Below are positions 55,503-64,000 of a stretch of 64,000 nt of DNA, piece after piece; position 1 is the first letter of the stretch; each line of letters begins with the position of its first letter. Position numbers and translations under genes: made by a program. The DNA lies in the sequence record PX667085.1. The stretch is one strand, 5' to 3'. The DNA comes from a phage. The notes under the pieces were generated by a model. That model was given only the letters and a program-made list of their open reading frames with translations, was not told the origin of the DNA and did no database searches.

Positions 55503-56698
55503 GTTTCCTCCTGTAATGTTCCACCATAAAGTTTATAAATGTTTTGTATTGAGGCCATGCAAGATAACTCTACTGTTTCTGTGTAGCCATCTGGCATAGC
55601 ATATTTGCTCACTGCTTCCGTGTGAAGGACACGCTTACAACGCTTCTCTGCATCTTTGCATTGCTTCACAGTAGGGAAGTGCCACACTTGGACCTGTTTC
55701 ATAGTAAACACATTACGACTATTTTGTTTTTTGATACGGCGATCACTATTATTGGCAATTCCAAATTTCAAAGCACAGAGAATACCTTGTTCATCATGAA
55801 TGTGGTTAATGTAACATTGTTGTTGTGTCTGGTTAGCACATTGCGGACAACCAGTGCCATGATTTAACAAACCACTGGCACGTCCTATTTGTACCCCATG
55901 TTTCTTACATCCATATTTAAACTTACCTAATCTTACAGACGGTTTCCCGATCCAACCTACCCAGATATACCCTTTCCTTTCTACTGCCTTTTTTACCCTA
56001 TAGGTAATCTGTGCTTCTGTGTAATGACAGTTAGTTGCACAACGGCAAGGAATCTTCCCTTGTTTAAGGTCATTCCCTGCGACATAAAACTTACCATCAC
56101 ACACCCCAGCTTGCACATACTCATCGTGAGAGCAGGCAGGACACTCTACACACCATAAAGAATCGCGGCCTCGTTTTTTATCTGTTTTAGTGAAGATTGT
56201 ACCCTCTTTAAACTTTCCTGTATTAATGAAGTCTTGTATGTGCTGATCGTCTGGAAGTATTTTAGAATTCCTAGATCTTTTGTTACCGCATTTAGGACAA
56301 CCACTACCACCCTTAAGATTATGAAATGTTAATGTTCGCCATTCCCCGTGCTCAGGACAAAGGTTGATCATCTTTGTATGTACACCTATAAACTCTCCAT
56401 TAATGCCTAAAATCTTGATTCCCTTAGCTTCAGCAATAGGTTTACATTCCGAAAGGTAATAATCTAGGTTTTTACTGTTGTCTTGTCTTGCTTTCTCATT
56501 TTTGCACCTAGGGCAACCAGACTTACCACGTTTAAAATTGGCAAATGTGGATGTTCTCCACTCCCCATGATTAGGGCAGAAGTTGATCATCTTCGTGTGC
56601 ACACCTTTAAATGGCTCTACAATCCCTATAATCTCATATCCTTTAGCTTCCGCTATTGGTTTACATTCTCCTATATACTGTTCTAACGTCTTCGCCAT
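55496..56698 (-). CDS. zinc-ribbon repeat protein with T5orf172/GIY-YIG-like C-terminal module
   Basis: Repeated CPxHGEWRT...GCPxC units; C-terminal GIANNSDRRIKKQ and PDGYTET shared with ORF 61484..62470. Confidence 0.45.
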   Translation of the reverse strand: MAKTLEQYIGECKPIAEAKGYEIIGIVEPFKGVHTKMINFCPNHGEWRTSTFANFKRGKSGCPRCKNEKARQDNSKNLDYYLSECKPIAEAKGIKILGINGEFIGVHTKMINLCPEHGEWRTLTFHNLKGGSGCPKCGNKRSRNSKILPDDQHIQDFINTGKFKEGTIFTKTDKKRGRDSLWCVECPACSHDEYVQAGVCDGKFYVAGNDLKQGKIPCRCATNCHYTEAQITYRVKKAVERKGYIWVGWIGKPSVRLGKFKYGCKKHGVQIGRASGLLNHGTGCPQCANQTQQQCYINHIHDEQGILCALKFGIANNSDRRIKKQNSRNVFTMKQVQVWHFPTVKQCKDAEKRCKRVLHTEAVSKYAMPDGYTETVELSCMASIQNIYKLYGGTLQEETC

Positions 56699-56743
56699 CT
56701 TTATCTATCCTCTCTCCCTATAAGTCTGAAGTCAATATAACAA

Positions 56744-56761
56744 AACCCGCCGAAGCGGGTT
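56744..56761 (-). terminator. intrinsic terminator (minus strand)
   Basis: AACCCGCTTCGGCGGGTT with U-tract on minus strand. Confidence 0.6.
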
Positions 56762-56778
56762 TAGTTATTTGTGCTGTA

Positions 56779-57918
56779 TCAGAACACGCTACCCAGTGTA
56801 GTGGAACGTTGTGTTACAGGCTCCAGCACCACTCGCAGAGTGTTTCCTGGTGTAGTGCTCATCACCAGAATCTTACCACCTTCAATCAGATCACAAGTTA
56901 GACCATCAGCAGTTGCACACAGATCAATATGTGGATCGCCATCTTCATCCAGGATAACATAACTGTTGGTTTCCATTGCTTCCACTTCATCATCTTTCAA
57001 ACTTTGTAGATAGATGTTCAGGGAACAAGCACCCGACAAAAACTTAGTAGGGGTGAAGTCGTGCCAGTTATTGATCCAATTCACCTTCAAGGTTTTGCCA
57101 TTAGCTACGATAGAAGCCACATTCCATTTAGCATCGTTCCCTAAAGAAATACCCATCATTTCAAGACATTCTTTAAAAGTCATTTTTGGATAGAAATTCA
57201 ATTCTTCTACAATGCCTTGAATAACATCGAAAGACAACTCTGTGCTAACATCCCATAAACGTTGGAAGTTATCTACGTGCTTTTTATTTACCAAGTTCTT
57301 ATCCAAGTAATCTAACATAGTTTCACTAGATAGTTTATCGTAATTGAAACTGTAGTAGATACGACTAGGACGGTTTACAAAATATTCCGAGATATAGCCA
57401 CTATTTTTAGTGAGGATGTAAAGTTTATTCCCACTTCCTGTTCCATCCAACAAGGTCAACAGTGCTTCCTGATCTTCTTTCTTAGCGTACACTTTATCAA
57501 ATTCGTCAAATAAAACAACAGCACGATCTGTAATTTTACTCATAAATTCTAAGAAGCCAGCATCTGTGTAAGGCTGTGTAACCAAAATGGTTGGAATACC
57601 TAAACCTTCTGTGGACATTAGAGACATGCTAATCAGTTTAGCTAACATCGTCTTACCACTGCCCTTTGTCCCTGTCAGTAACACCCCAGTATTTTTACCT
57701 TCTTTACTACGACGAGCAAATGTTTTAATAACATGTGCGGCGCGGTCTTTAGTTTCCCCATAAAGAGTGTTCGGAAGAGAGAAACTTTCGCCACGCACTA
57801 AAGAGTAGTTACCGTGCGGATCGCAGTTGACAACCCAAACTCCAGCAGGAAGTTTATTAGCTTCAACACCATATTCCTTATTTACAACAGCCACATCTCC
57901 AAAAATAGTGTATTTCAT
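56779..57918 (-). CDS. AAA+ family ATPase
   Basis: Walker A GTKGSGKT, Walker B VVLFDEFD. Confidence 0.65.
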   Translation of the reverse strand: MKYTIFGDVAVVNKEYGVEANKLPAGVWVVNCDPHGNYSLVRGESFSLPNTLYGETKDRAAHVIKTFARRSKEGKNTGVLLTGTKGSGKTMLAKLISMSLMSTEGLGIPTILVTQPYTDAGFLEFMSKITDRAVVLFDEFDKVYAKKEDQEALLTLLDGTGSGNKLYILTKNSGYISEYFVNRPSRIYYSFNYDKLSSETMLDYLDKNLVNKKHVDNFQRLWDVSTELSFDVIQGIVEELNFYPKMTFKECLEMMGISLGNDAKWNVASIVANGKTLKVNWINNWHDFTPTKFLSGACSLNIYLQSLKDDEVEAMETNSYVILDEDGDPHIDLCATADGLTCDLIEGGKILVMSTTPGNTLRVVLEPVTQRSTTLGSVF

Positions 57919-58274
57919 TAGAACGTTTCTCCTTTTAAAATAATTACTGTAAACTTTGCAGTTTTTTCACTCTTAATATTCTTGACTAATAAGTACTCTC
58001 CTCCAGGGGCATCTTTGTATTGTTTAATAGCTACTATTTCATTTTTGCAAGTAGCTATAATCGAATAAAAATGACGTTCCGTGTTATCTTCTTTTCCTGT
58101 ATATGCCTCAACATCTTGGCACTCTTCCAGAACACCATTTCCAGGTGTATAGTAAAATTTGTTGCCTGTGATCACAACATCTTTACCAATATCTGTTTTA
58201 ACTGCTACAAATTTTTGAGCGTAAGTGGTGAAGCTTACGGTAGCCAGCAATGTGGCTAAGATTAGTTTTTTCAT
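57918..58274 (-). CDS. secreted/periplasmic protein (signal peptide)
   Basis: MKKLILATLLATVSFTTYA; start at ATG after AGGAGGG. Confidence 0.5.
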   Translation of the reverse strand: MKKLILATLLATVSFTTYAQKFVAVKTDIGKDVVITGNKFYYTPGNGVLEECQDVEAYTGKEDNTERHFYSIIATCKNEIVAIKQYKDAPGGEYLLVKNIKSEKTAKFTVIILKGETF

Positions 58275-58459
58275 AAACTTCCCTCCTATTCCCACAACAT
58301 ACAAATCGCAGCGATAAACATATTAGCAATAGCCGCACCAAGAACTATAAACATCGCCAGTTCTGAACAATATTCACCAACCAGAGGAGATACTATTGCA
58401 CAAAGTAGTCCCAATGTCAAACACAAATTGATGATGAAGTTTAAAATCATATTCTCTCC

Positions 58460-58651
58460 TTACAACCAACCCTTTGCCTGGTAGCCTTTAGAAAATCCAT
58501 TTTCCCATTCTTCGAATTCCTTTTTGTGTGTCATTGGACAGTATGGATTTACTTTATTAAACATACCAAACTTGAACCCTGCGGTATACCCTTTCTTAAA
58601 AGCTATTGATTCTAAAGAGATCATATTCTTTCTCCTCTTAGAACTCGACAA
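58460..58651 (-). CDS. hypothetical protein
   Basis: 63-aa ORF. Confidence 0.45.
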   Translation of the reverse strand: MSSSKRRKNMISLESIAFKKGYTAGFKFGMFNKVNPYCPMTHKKEFEEWENGFSKGYQAKGWL

Positions 58652-58889
58652 TGATTTTGTCTAAGTGTTCTGCTTCAACTTGGGATAATGTTAACACCTG
58701 CACCAAACCTCTGTCAATGCCTAATTTGATCACTTGCAAATAATCACCGAAAAGATCAGAGATTTCAATCTGGTGTTCAGTAACCACCACGACCTCGTTA
58801 CCCTTGGTATACTCTCTCCAGATTCGTCCACACTTGTAAATGAAATCTTTCTGGTCTTCACTGATCATCTTAGGCTTAACGCTTAACAT
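58638..58889 (-). CDS. hypothetical protein
   Basis: 83-aa ORF. Confidence 0.45.
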   Translation of the reverse strand: MLSVKPKMISEDQKDFIYKCGRIWREYTKGNEVVVVTEHQIEISDLFGDYLQVIKLGIDRGLVQVLTLSQVEAEHLDKIIVEF

Positions 58890-59245
58890 TACATACTCCC
58901 GTATTCTGGTTCAATATTATGTTTACGACAAATGGTATCCCAACGTTCATTACCAAAACTTCTTCCATGTAGAGCGTTAAATGCGAAATGCTCTGCCAAC
59001 CACAATACTACATCATCAGGATCTGTGTCAAGAGGAATTCTAAACTCTCGATCATAACGCATACGCAGAATAAAATCCTTATCATCTTCAAGGAGATACA
59101 TGTGACTTTTAGCCCGTGATGCCAAATCAAAGAAAGGAGGCTCATCTTTCCAAACGTGACGCTCAACTTCAACACCATGATCAACTACCAGAGTAGCGAT
59201 TACCTCTCTCATTTCTTTACTAAACATATTACCTCCATTAACCAA
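58889..59245 (-). CDS. hypothetical protein
   Basis: 118-aa ORF. Confidence 0.5.
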   Translation of the reverse strand: MVNGGNMFSKEMREVIATLVVDHGVEVERHVWKDEPPFFDLASRAKSHMYLLEDDKDFILRMRYDREFRIPLDTDPDDVVLWLAEHFAFNALHGRSFGNERWDTICRKHNIEPEYGSM

Positions 59246-59426
59246 TTAGTTCAACCGATTTGCAAATGTAAATCCAAACTGGAGTGAGCATAAGAGCTAT
59301 ACCGAATACACAATTCCACTTAATTCCCATTTCCTCTATTAGAGACATGATTAAGCCAACAGCACTAATAATCAGATAGATCCCTAAGAAAGCCATTGTG
59401 AAGAATTCAGACATATTTAGCTCCAA
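59238..59426 (-). CDS. small membrane protein
   Basis: Two hydrophobic segments in 62 aa. Confidence 0.45.
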   Translation of the reverse strand: MELNMSEFFTMAFLGIYLIISAVGLIMSLIEEMGIKWNCVFGIALMLTPVWIYICKSVELIG

Positions 59427-59773
59427 AGATTATCAAAATAACTAGCGAATAAAAGACGGCCCTCTAATCGTGCCTTCCTTTGATCTTCAGCATACACGAT
59501 TTCTGGATTACCACTATCAATAAAAGCATTCTCCATCTTTTCTAAAATATTTAACCACTCTCTTCTACCTGTCTCCTCTTCTTCATCTGTATACGGCGCA
59601 CTTCTATTTGGATACAAAACACGCATCAGTTTAGTGGGGATCATGACAAACGTGCTATTGTTTGCCTTCTCACGGAAGGCTTTAATTCCTGCATAGATTA
59701 CCTTCCCCAAAGCTGCATCCAAATCCATCAGGTCACTTTCTTCTATTTGAATTTCATCGTGTACAATTTTCAT
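59417..59773 (-). CDS. hypothetical protein
   Basis: 118-aa ORF. Confidence 0.5.
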   Translation of the reverse strand: MKIVHDEIQIEESDLMDLDAALGKVIYAGIKAFREKANNSTFVMIPTKLMRVLYPNRSAPYTDEEEETGRREWLNILEKMENAFIDSGNPEIVYAEDQRKARLEGRLLFASYFDNLWS

Positions 59774-60057
59774 CGTGCCTTCTCCCGATCTGCATCTAAT
59801 TTCAACAAGAAAGCTGTATACTCTTCCGAACCTTGGTGTAAAAACATGCGATAAGAGCTTACCAGTTTCTTGGTCGTTGTATAACGTTCCATTTCCCCAA
59901 CAACACCTCCACCTAGTGTGTAGAGCACAATACCTTCAACTCCAACATGGGTTACTACTTCAACCAAGTCTGTGTTATCCCAATGATAGTTAGGTGACAC
60001 AATAAGATCGCCAACTGCCAGTTTAATGTTTGCTACTTCATTTTGTGAATAATACAT
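59770..60057 (-). CDS. hypothetical protein
   Basis: Trimmed to ATG (MYYSQNE) after GAGAGGAGAA. Confidence 0.45.
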   Translation of the reverse strand: MYYSQNEVANIKLAVGDLIVSPNYHWDNTDLVEVVTHVGVEGIVLYTLGGGVVGEMERYTTTKKLVSSYRMFLHQGSEEYTAFLLKLDADREKAR

Positions 60058-60094
60058 TTGGTTCTCCTCTCTTAATTGATGGAAGTAGTATACC

Positions 60095-60586
60095 TTACCA
60101 CATAATCTCGCGCAACTCTTTTTCTTCTTTGAAATTACGTAAGTTTTCCAGTGCACGATTTAGGTCTTCTTCCGTCTCTGCTTTCTGGACTTTTTCCATC
60201 ATTTTCGCAACAATATTTTTCTTAACTTGCAAATCTGGAACAGGCATACGTTTTTCCATTTCATAAGCTTCTCGTTTATGACGTTCCTCCATCTCTGCTT
60301 TTTCTTTCACCCAATCCGCCTCGTCCATTGCACCTTTGCAGACACAAGTGTAACCTTTAATAGTATAATCACCATGTTCAATACCAGGTTGAAGAGCTAA
60401 AGCTTCATTACCACAATACGCGCACAACGGACGACCTGGCATTTTCAAAGTTTTGGTAGCCTTAGCGCCACATTGACTATCCCAGCTTGTTTTATAACTG
60501 GAACCGTTGTCTCCGTGAGAACGACCAACCAAGAAGTTACGGAAGAAACCCATAGCACGTTCGTCAATGTAATCAGGGTAAGCCAT
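60095..60586 (-). CDS. hypothetical protein
   Basis: 163-aa ORF. Confidence 0.5.
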   Translation of the reverse strand: MAYPDYIDERAMGFFRNFLVGRSHGDNGSSYKTSWDSQCGAKATKTLKMPGRPLCAYCGNEALALQPGIEHGDYTIKGYTCVCKGAMDEADWVKEKAEMEERHKREAYEMEKRMPVPDLQVKKNIVAKMMEKVQKAETEEDLNRALENLRNFKEEKELREIMW

Positions 60587-60598
60587 TATATTCTCCTT

Positions 60599-60892
60599 TC
60601 ACATTAAGACACGTTTTGTGTCGATGGGTGCATTATCAAACATGTTAAGAACATTGTCAAGCAGTTTTACTAATTCATTTGTAATTTGTTCTTTTGAACG
60701 GGAGGAAGTGAGCACTTTGCTTTCACCAACGATATGCATAACTTTTATAGGAGCGTCTAAAATGATGTTGTGTTGACGATCCTCTTCAAAAGAAGCCAAC
60801 CATTTCTCATTGTTACCGTGCAAGGCTACAATCACACCAAAACCGTTAATTGTTTCAGAAATATTCTTAGTTGCTAAAGTAATGTTCATCAT
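60599..60892 (-). CDS. hypothetical protein
   Basis: 97-aa ORF, first gene of minus block. Confidence 0.5.
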   Translation of the reverse strand: MMNITLATKNISETINGFGVIVALHGNNEKWLASFEEDRQHNIILDAPIKVMHIVGESKVLTSSRSKEQITNELVKLLDNVLNMFDNAPIDTKRVLM

Positions 60893-60948
60893 CTACCTCT
60901 CTTGTTAATGTTTATACATGATACCTGAAAATAATTTCAGATCAAGTG

Positions 60949-60976
60949 TTGACATGCTTTTTAGTCCTGTTAAGAT
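60949..60976 (+). promoter_or_regulatory. sigma70-type promoter TTGACA-16-TAAGAT
   Basis: In divergent intergenic region before 61007. Confidence 0.5.
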
Positions 60977-61006
60977 CAACTCATACAAAACGAGAGGAGA
61001 AAACAA

Positions 61007-61432
61007 ATGCAAAACATGACTTGGACCGAAGCTAAAGAAGCGATGCAGAATGGCAAACGTGTGAAGCACGAATACTTCTGTAGTGATGAGTGGTTTGAGA
61101 TGCAATACGGTGTTATTCTGGATGAGCATGGCTACAATATGTCAAACTGGTTCAGAGGGGAAGCTTGGCAGGAAGAGGGTTGGTCTGTAATTGAAAAAGA
61201 AGACAGTAAGGAAGAAGGCGTGTTGTCTAATGTAGAACGCGAGATGAGGGAAACAAAGATACCTGCTTTGGATTTTGTATACCTGGAAGAACTTGTGGCA
61301 GCCTCTTTTGTAGCAGGGAATCTTTGGAAGACGCCTGTTAGCCGACTGGAGAATCAAAATAACCCGTCTGCTCGTAATCACAAGCTTTATAAGGGCAAAA
61401 ACCACAACAAACTAAAGAAAAGGAAGAAATAA
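61007..61432 (+). CDS. hypothetical protein
   Basis: 141-aa ORF with basic C-terminus. Confidence 0.5.
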   Translation: MQNMTWTEAKEAMQNGKRVKHEYFCSDEWFEMQYGVILDEHGYNMSNWFRGEAWQEEGWSVIEKEDSKEEGVLSNVEREMRETKIPALDFVYLEELVAASFVAGNLWKTPVSRLENQNNPSARNHKLYKGKNHNKLKKRKK

Positions 61433-61483
61433 TCCATCCTTGTATTAGTGCCATAGAGCGTGATTACATCAAGGAGATTTTTA

Positions 61484-62470
61484 ATGATTAATGAAGAACA
61501 ATTTGTAAAAGTTCCTATGTGGATTCTAAAAATAAGCCAAGTAAACGGGCATAAATTTACAGATAGTGCTAAAAACCTTTACTGCTATTTGAGAGGGTTT
61601 GATCGTGCATTTCCCTCTTACGCTAAGATAGGCGATGTTTTTGGCATAACACCAAGAGCAGCAGAAGAAAGGGTTAAGAAATTGCTCGAAATGGGATTAA
61701 TTATAAAAGATGCACGACCAGGAAGCTCTAACCTTTATCGAGTGCTTGATATTCCAAAAGGAGAATCATCACTACCTGATCCTTCTGAGAAAGAAGAAGC
61801 TATTGTTAAAGCTGTTCAGGAACAGCTTCCCCTTATGGAATGGAAGAACTTTAAAAAATGGTACTCACCATCTGGTAATGAATACACCGCTACACTGCCA
61901 GCCGTTGAAATCTATAGCTATATAGCTGGATTCAATGAACAAGGGCAAGAATGTTACGCTACTCAAAAAACATTAGCTAATATTGGAATGGTTAGTGATC
62001 GTCAGGTACGCAATATTATAAATATGTTTGTTGATATGGGAGTTCTTTCTGTAGAGGCACGCCACGGTCAAACATCACTCTATAAAACCTTACCCTTTAC
62101 AGAGATGAATGTTAAAAAGCAAAAAAGAGTAAAAGAGATTCCGTACACTGAAAACCAACAATCAGATTGGTGTTTTTATATACAAAAATTGGTTTCTCCC
62201 TTTTATACCTGCCTGAAAGCAGGGATTACGGTAAACATTGATCGTAGAATCAAAGAGCAAAGTAAAAACAGCATGTTTAAACATTATCTACTTGACAGTT
62301 TTAGTGGAGATTATGCTACTATTTTCTCTTTGGAGAAAGAAGTTAAAAAAGGTTTTAACCGCTCTTTATGCTTAAAAGAGTGGCTGCCAGATGGTTATAC
62401 CGAAACATATAATCTAGAAGACTATGAAAGTATAAAAAATTTTGTTAGTGAGAAATTGATTAAGGAGTAA
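61484..62470 (+). CDS. winged-HTH repeat protein with T5orf172/GIY-YIG-like C-terminal module
   Basis: Two HTH-like segments; C-terminal GITVNIDRRIKEQ and PDGYTET. Confidence 0.45.
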   Translation: MINEEQFVKVPMWILKISQVNGHKFTDSAKNLYCYLRGFDRAFPSYAKIGDVFGITPRAAEERVKKLLEMGLIIKDARPGSSNLYRVLDIPKGESSLPDPSEKEEAIVKAVQEQLPLMEWKNFKKWYSPSGNEYTATLPAVEIYSYIAGFNEQGQECYATQKTLANIGMVSDRQVRNIINMFVDMGVLSVEARHGQTSLYKTLPFTEMNVKKQKRVKEIPYTENQQSDWCFYIQKLVSPFYTCLKAGITVNIDRRIKEQSKNSMFKHYLLDSFSGDYATIFSLEKEVKKGFNRSLCLKEWLPDGYTETYNLEDYESIKNFVSEKLIKE

Positions 62471-62472
62471 AC

Positions 62473-62622
62473 ATGATTATCTACAAAAACAAGTTCACTG
62501 GTTGTCTCCGTAAATTTATCGATAAGAAAGGGTATGTTTCTCTTGACAACGGGGTTACATGGACAGAGAATGGCACTTCAGAACAGCTGATCAAAGCTTT
62601 GCCTTACTACGAGGAGGTTTAA
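62473..62622 (+). CDS. hypothetical small protein (49 aa)
   Basis: Short ORF tightly packed after previous stop. Confidence 0.35.
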   Translation: MIIYKNKFTGCLRKFIDKKGYVSLDNGVTWTENGTSEQLIKALPYYEEV

Positions 62623-62946
62623 ATGTCAAACAGCCTGTTTAGCGTGTCAATTGCACCACGTGTCAACATCCGTTGTCAGTTTGTTACTTTACCTGGTGTA
62701 ACGCATATCACATTAGAATACGATCCTCGCTCACGAGACAACCCAATCACAGGGAAAATTGATTGTGCTTATGGAGACTTTGTTATGGATCACCAAACCC
62801 TCTTATGCTGTGTGCAACGCTTACAGGCAGGATCTTTATACATCTTTAAGAAAACAGTGTTCCAAGAGATTGCTCAAGCAGTTGAAAGCGGTATGGAGAC
62901 TCTTAACGTTATGATTGAAGCAGCCAACCAGAAGGAGGTTTTATGA
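62623..62946 (+). CDS. hypothetical protein
   Basis: 107-aa ORF. Confidence 0.5.
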   Translation: MSNSLFSVSIAPRVNIRCQFVTLPGVTHITLEYDPRSRDNPITGKIDCAYGDFVMDHQTLLCCVQRLQAGSLYIFKKTVFQEIAQAVESGMETLNVMIEAANQKEVL

Positions 62947-63200
62947 CACTTTATCACGTAACCACTGAAGGCGATACCGAAGGTCGTACTACGAAAGATT
63001 TAGGGTATGTTGAAGCAGATTCCCCTGAACACGCAATTAAGTATTTGCATTCCATCGGTAAATATGCGACTTATGAATATACTATCTACAAGGTTGAAGT
63101 TAGCCCTATACAAGTGGCAACTCCTATGGCAGAGTTGAAACATCTTAAGGCAAAAGTAAGACCTGGTATAGTGTCCGATTACAAAGGGGAAGTAAAGTGA
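62943..63200 (+). CDS. hypothetical protein
   Basis: 85-aa ORF. Confidence 0.5.
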   Translation: MTLYHVTTEGDTEGRTTKDLGYVEADSPEHAIKYLHSIGKYATYEYTIYKVEVSPIQVATPMAELKHLKAKVRPGIVSDYKGEVK

Positions 63201-63409
63201 GTGGATGGATTAAAGTATCTGGTACCGAGGATGTTCCTATCGGAGAATGGCTCGTAATCATGGCAAACGGCAAGAAGGGATTCTGTGAAGTTAACAAAAC
63301 ACGCAATGGCACGATAGCTGTTATCAATGGTCATTTTTATTTTGACTTGGCACCTGTGATCGCATACCATGCACTACCAACATATGAAGAGGAGATTAAC
63401 AATGGCTAA
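63197..63409 (+). CDS. hypothetical protein
   Basis: 70-aa ORF, GTG start. Confidence 0.45.
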   Translation: MSGWIKVSGTEDVPIGEWLVIMANGKKGFCEVNKTRNGTIAVINGHFYFDLAPVIAYHALPTYEEEINNG

Positions 63410-63719
63410 CAAAGAACCACATGTATATACTGCACTGGTAAAGCACTTGAACAAAGAACGTAACAGGATCATTGCAGATTATCGTAAATTTAAACGTAGT
63501 AGTCTAAATCGTAAATACATGCCACATGCAGCTTTTGACGCTACACGTGCAGTATTTCGTGCAAAGATTGCGGAAATGGATAATCTGCTTAAGCTTGCAC
63601 GATTATCTATTCATGCATCCAAAGTAACAGGAGTCACTCACTTCTTTGACTTCGATACTAAAGCACTATATGCACCAGAAGCAGGTGAACAATTGATTTA
63701 TCTACTTACCAAAAAATAA
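63402..63719 (+). CDS. hypothetical protein
   Basis: ATG (MANKEP) after GAGGAG. Confidence 0.5.
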   Translation: MANKEPHVYTALVKHLNKERNRIIADYRKFKRSSLNRKYMPHAAFDATRAVFRAKIAEMDNLLKLARLSIHASKVTGVTHFFDFDTKALYAPEAGEQLIYLLTKK

Positions 63720-63723
63720 GTGT

Positions 63724-63752
63724 TGACTTTTTTCAAAAAATATGCTACCCTA
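63724..63752 (+). promoter_or_regulatory. promoter-like module TTGACT-17-TACCCT, copy 2 of duplicated element
   Basis: Near-identical to 25651-25679; followed by CCC-GAA-GGG hairpin and CGAGCGATAGCGAGTA. Confidence 0.5.
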
Positions 63753-63895
63753 ACCCCGAAGGGTCGAGCGATAGCGAGTATAGATTATGTAATAGATTAA
63801 TCTCTATCGTTAGATGTTCGAAGAACAGAGATTTAAGTACTTGTTCTTATCGGTAGATGATCGTAAGATCAAGAACAATAATAGGAGAGTGTGTT

Positions 63896-64000
63896 ATGTT
63901 AGTCAGTGAAATACTACCTGACTCTAATGGTAATCAGATCACTATTGATTGGTTTCCTGGTACTGGTACACTAGATCTAACTGCTGAATGGTCTGGTGAT
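63896..64000 (+). CDS. hypothetical protein, 5' portion (continues past window end)
   Basis: ATG after AGGAGAG; frame open to window end. Confidence 0.4.
   Translation, partial: MLVSEILPDSNGNQITIDWFPGTGTLDLTAEWSGD

Noticed and set aside
1-64000. tRNA genes, expected in many large phages
   Set aside because: No cloverleaf-compatible segment with a GTTCRANYC T-loop was seen in the non-coding intervals. The only GGATTCGAAC-like string (about 21225) lies inside the Sir2 coding sequence. A tRNA scan would be needed to be sure.

Overview
This window reads as part of a large virulent T4-type (myovirus-like) phage genome. The call rests on an nrdA / homing-endonuclease-like ORF / nrdB layout, a protein that aligns by eye along its length with T4 lysozyme (gene e), PhoH, and very dense small-gene arrays driven by sigma70-type promoters; no tRNA, rRNA or CRISPR was recognised. 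All protein calls are from motif recognition by eye; no database search or folding was run. Layout: (1) 1-22.3 kb, plus strand: nucleotide-metabolism and auxiliary module (HAD-like nucleotidase, ThyX-like thymidylate synthase, RNR NrdA/NrdB, RmlC/RmlD, glutaredoxin, endolysin, PhoH, HslV-like Ntn hydrolase, N6-adenine and C5-cytosine methyltransferase-like proteins, Ser/Thr phosphatase, DprA/SLOG-like protein, Sir2). (2) 22.4-40.5 kb, minus strand: about 55 small ORFs, including a seven-member paralogous family, three tandem MFK-paralogs and a small serine recombinase. (3) 40.6-42.0 kb: 1.4 kb non-coding, palindrome-rich region with Fur-box-like motifs. (4) 42.1-53.1 kb, minus strand: about 28 small genes, most preceded by the same promoter plus 5' stem-loop cassette (PeSL-like). 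(5) 53.1-54.4 kb: GC-rich regulatory locus with divergent promoters, a 55-aa HTH protein, an orphan promoter and operator-like palindromes. (6) 54.4-60.9 kb, minus strand: NADAR, zinc-ribbon/T5orf172-like protein, AAA+ ATPase, secreted and membrane proteins. (7) 61.0-64.0 kb, plus strand: wHTH/T5orf172-like protein and small ORFs. The most unusual candidates are the seven-member GLC/PFN/WVKDR paralog family, the Sir2 two-gene cassette, the serine recombinase, the WxSSSC C-terminal motif family, and the PeSL array bracketed by Fur-box-like palindromes next to a small HTH gene.
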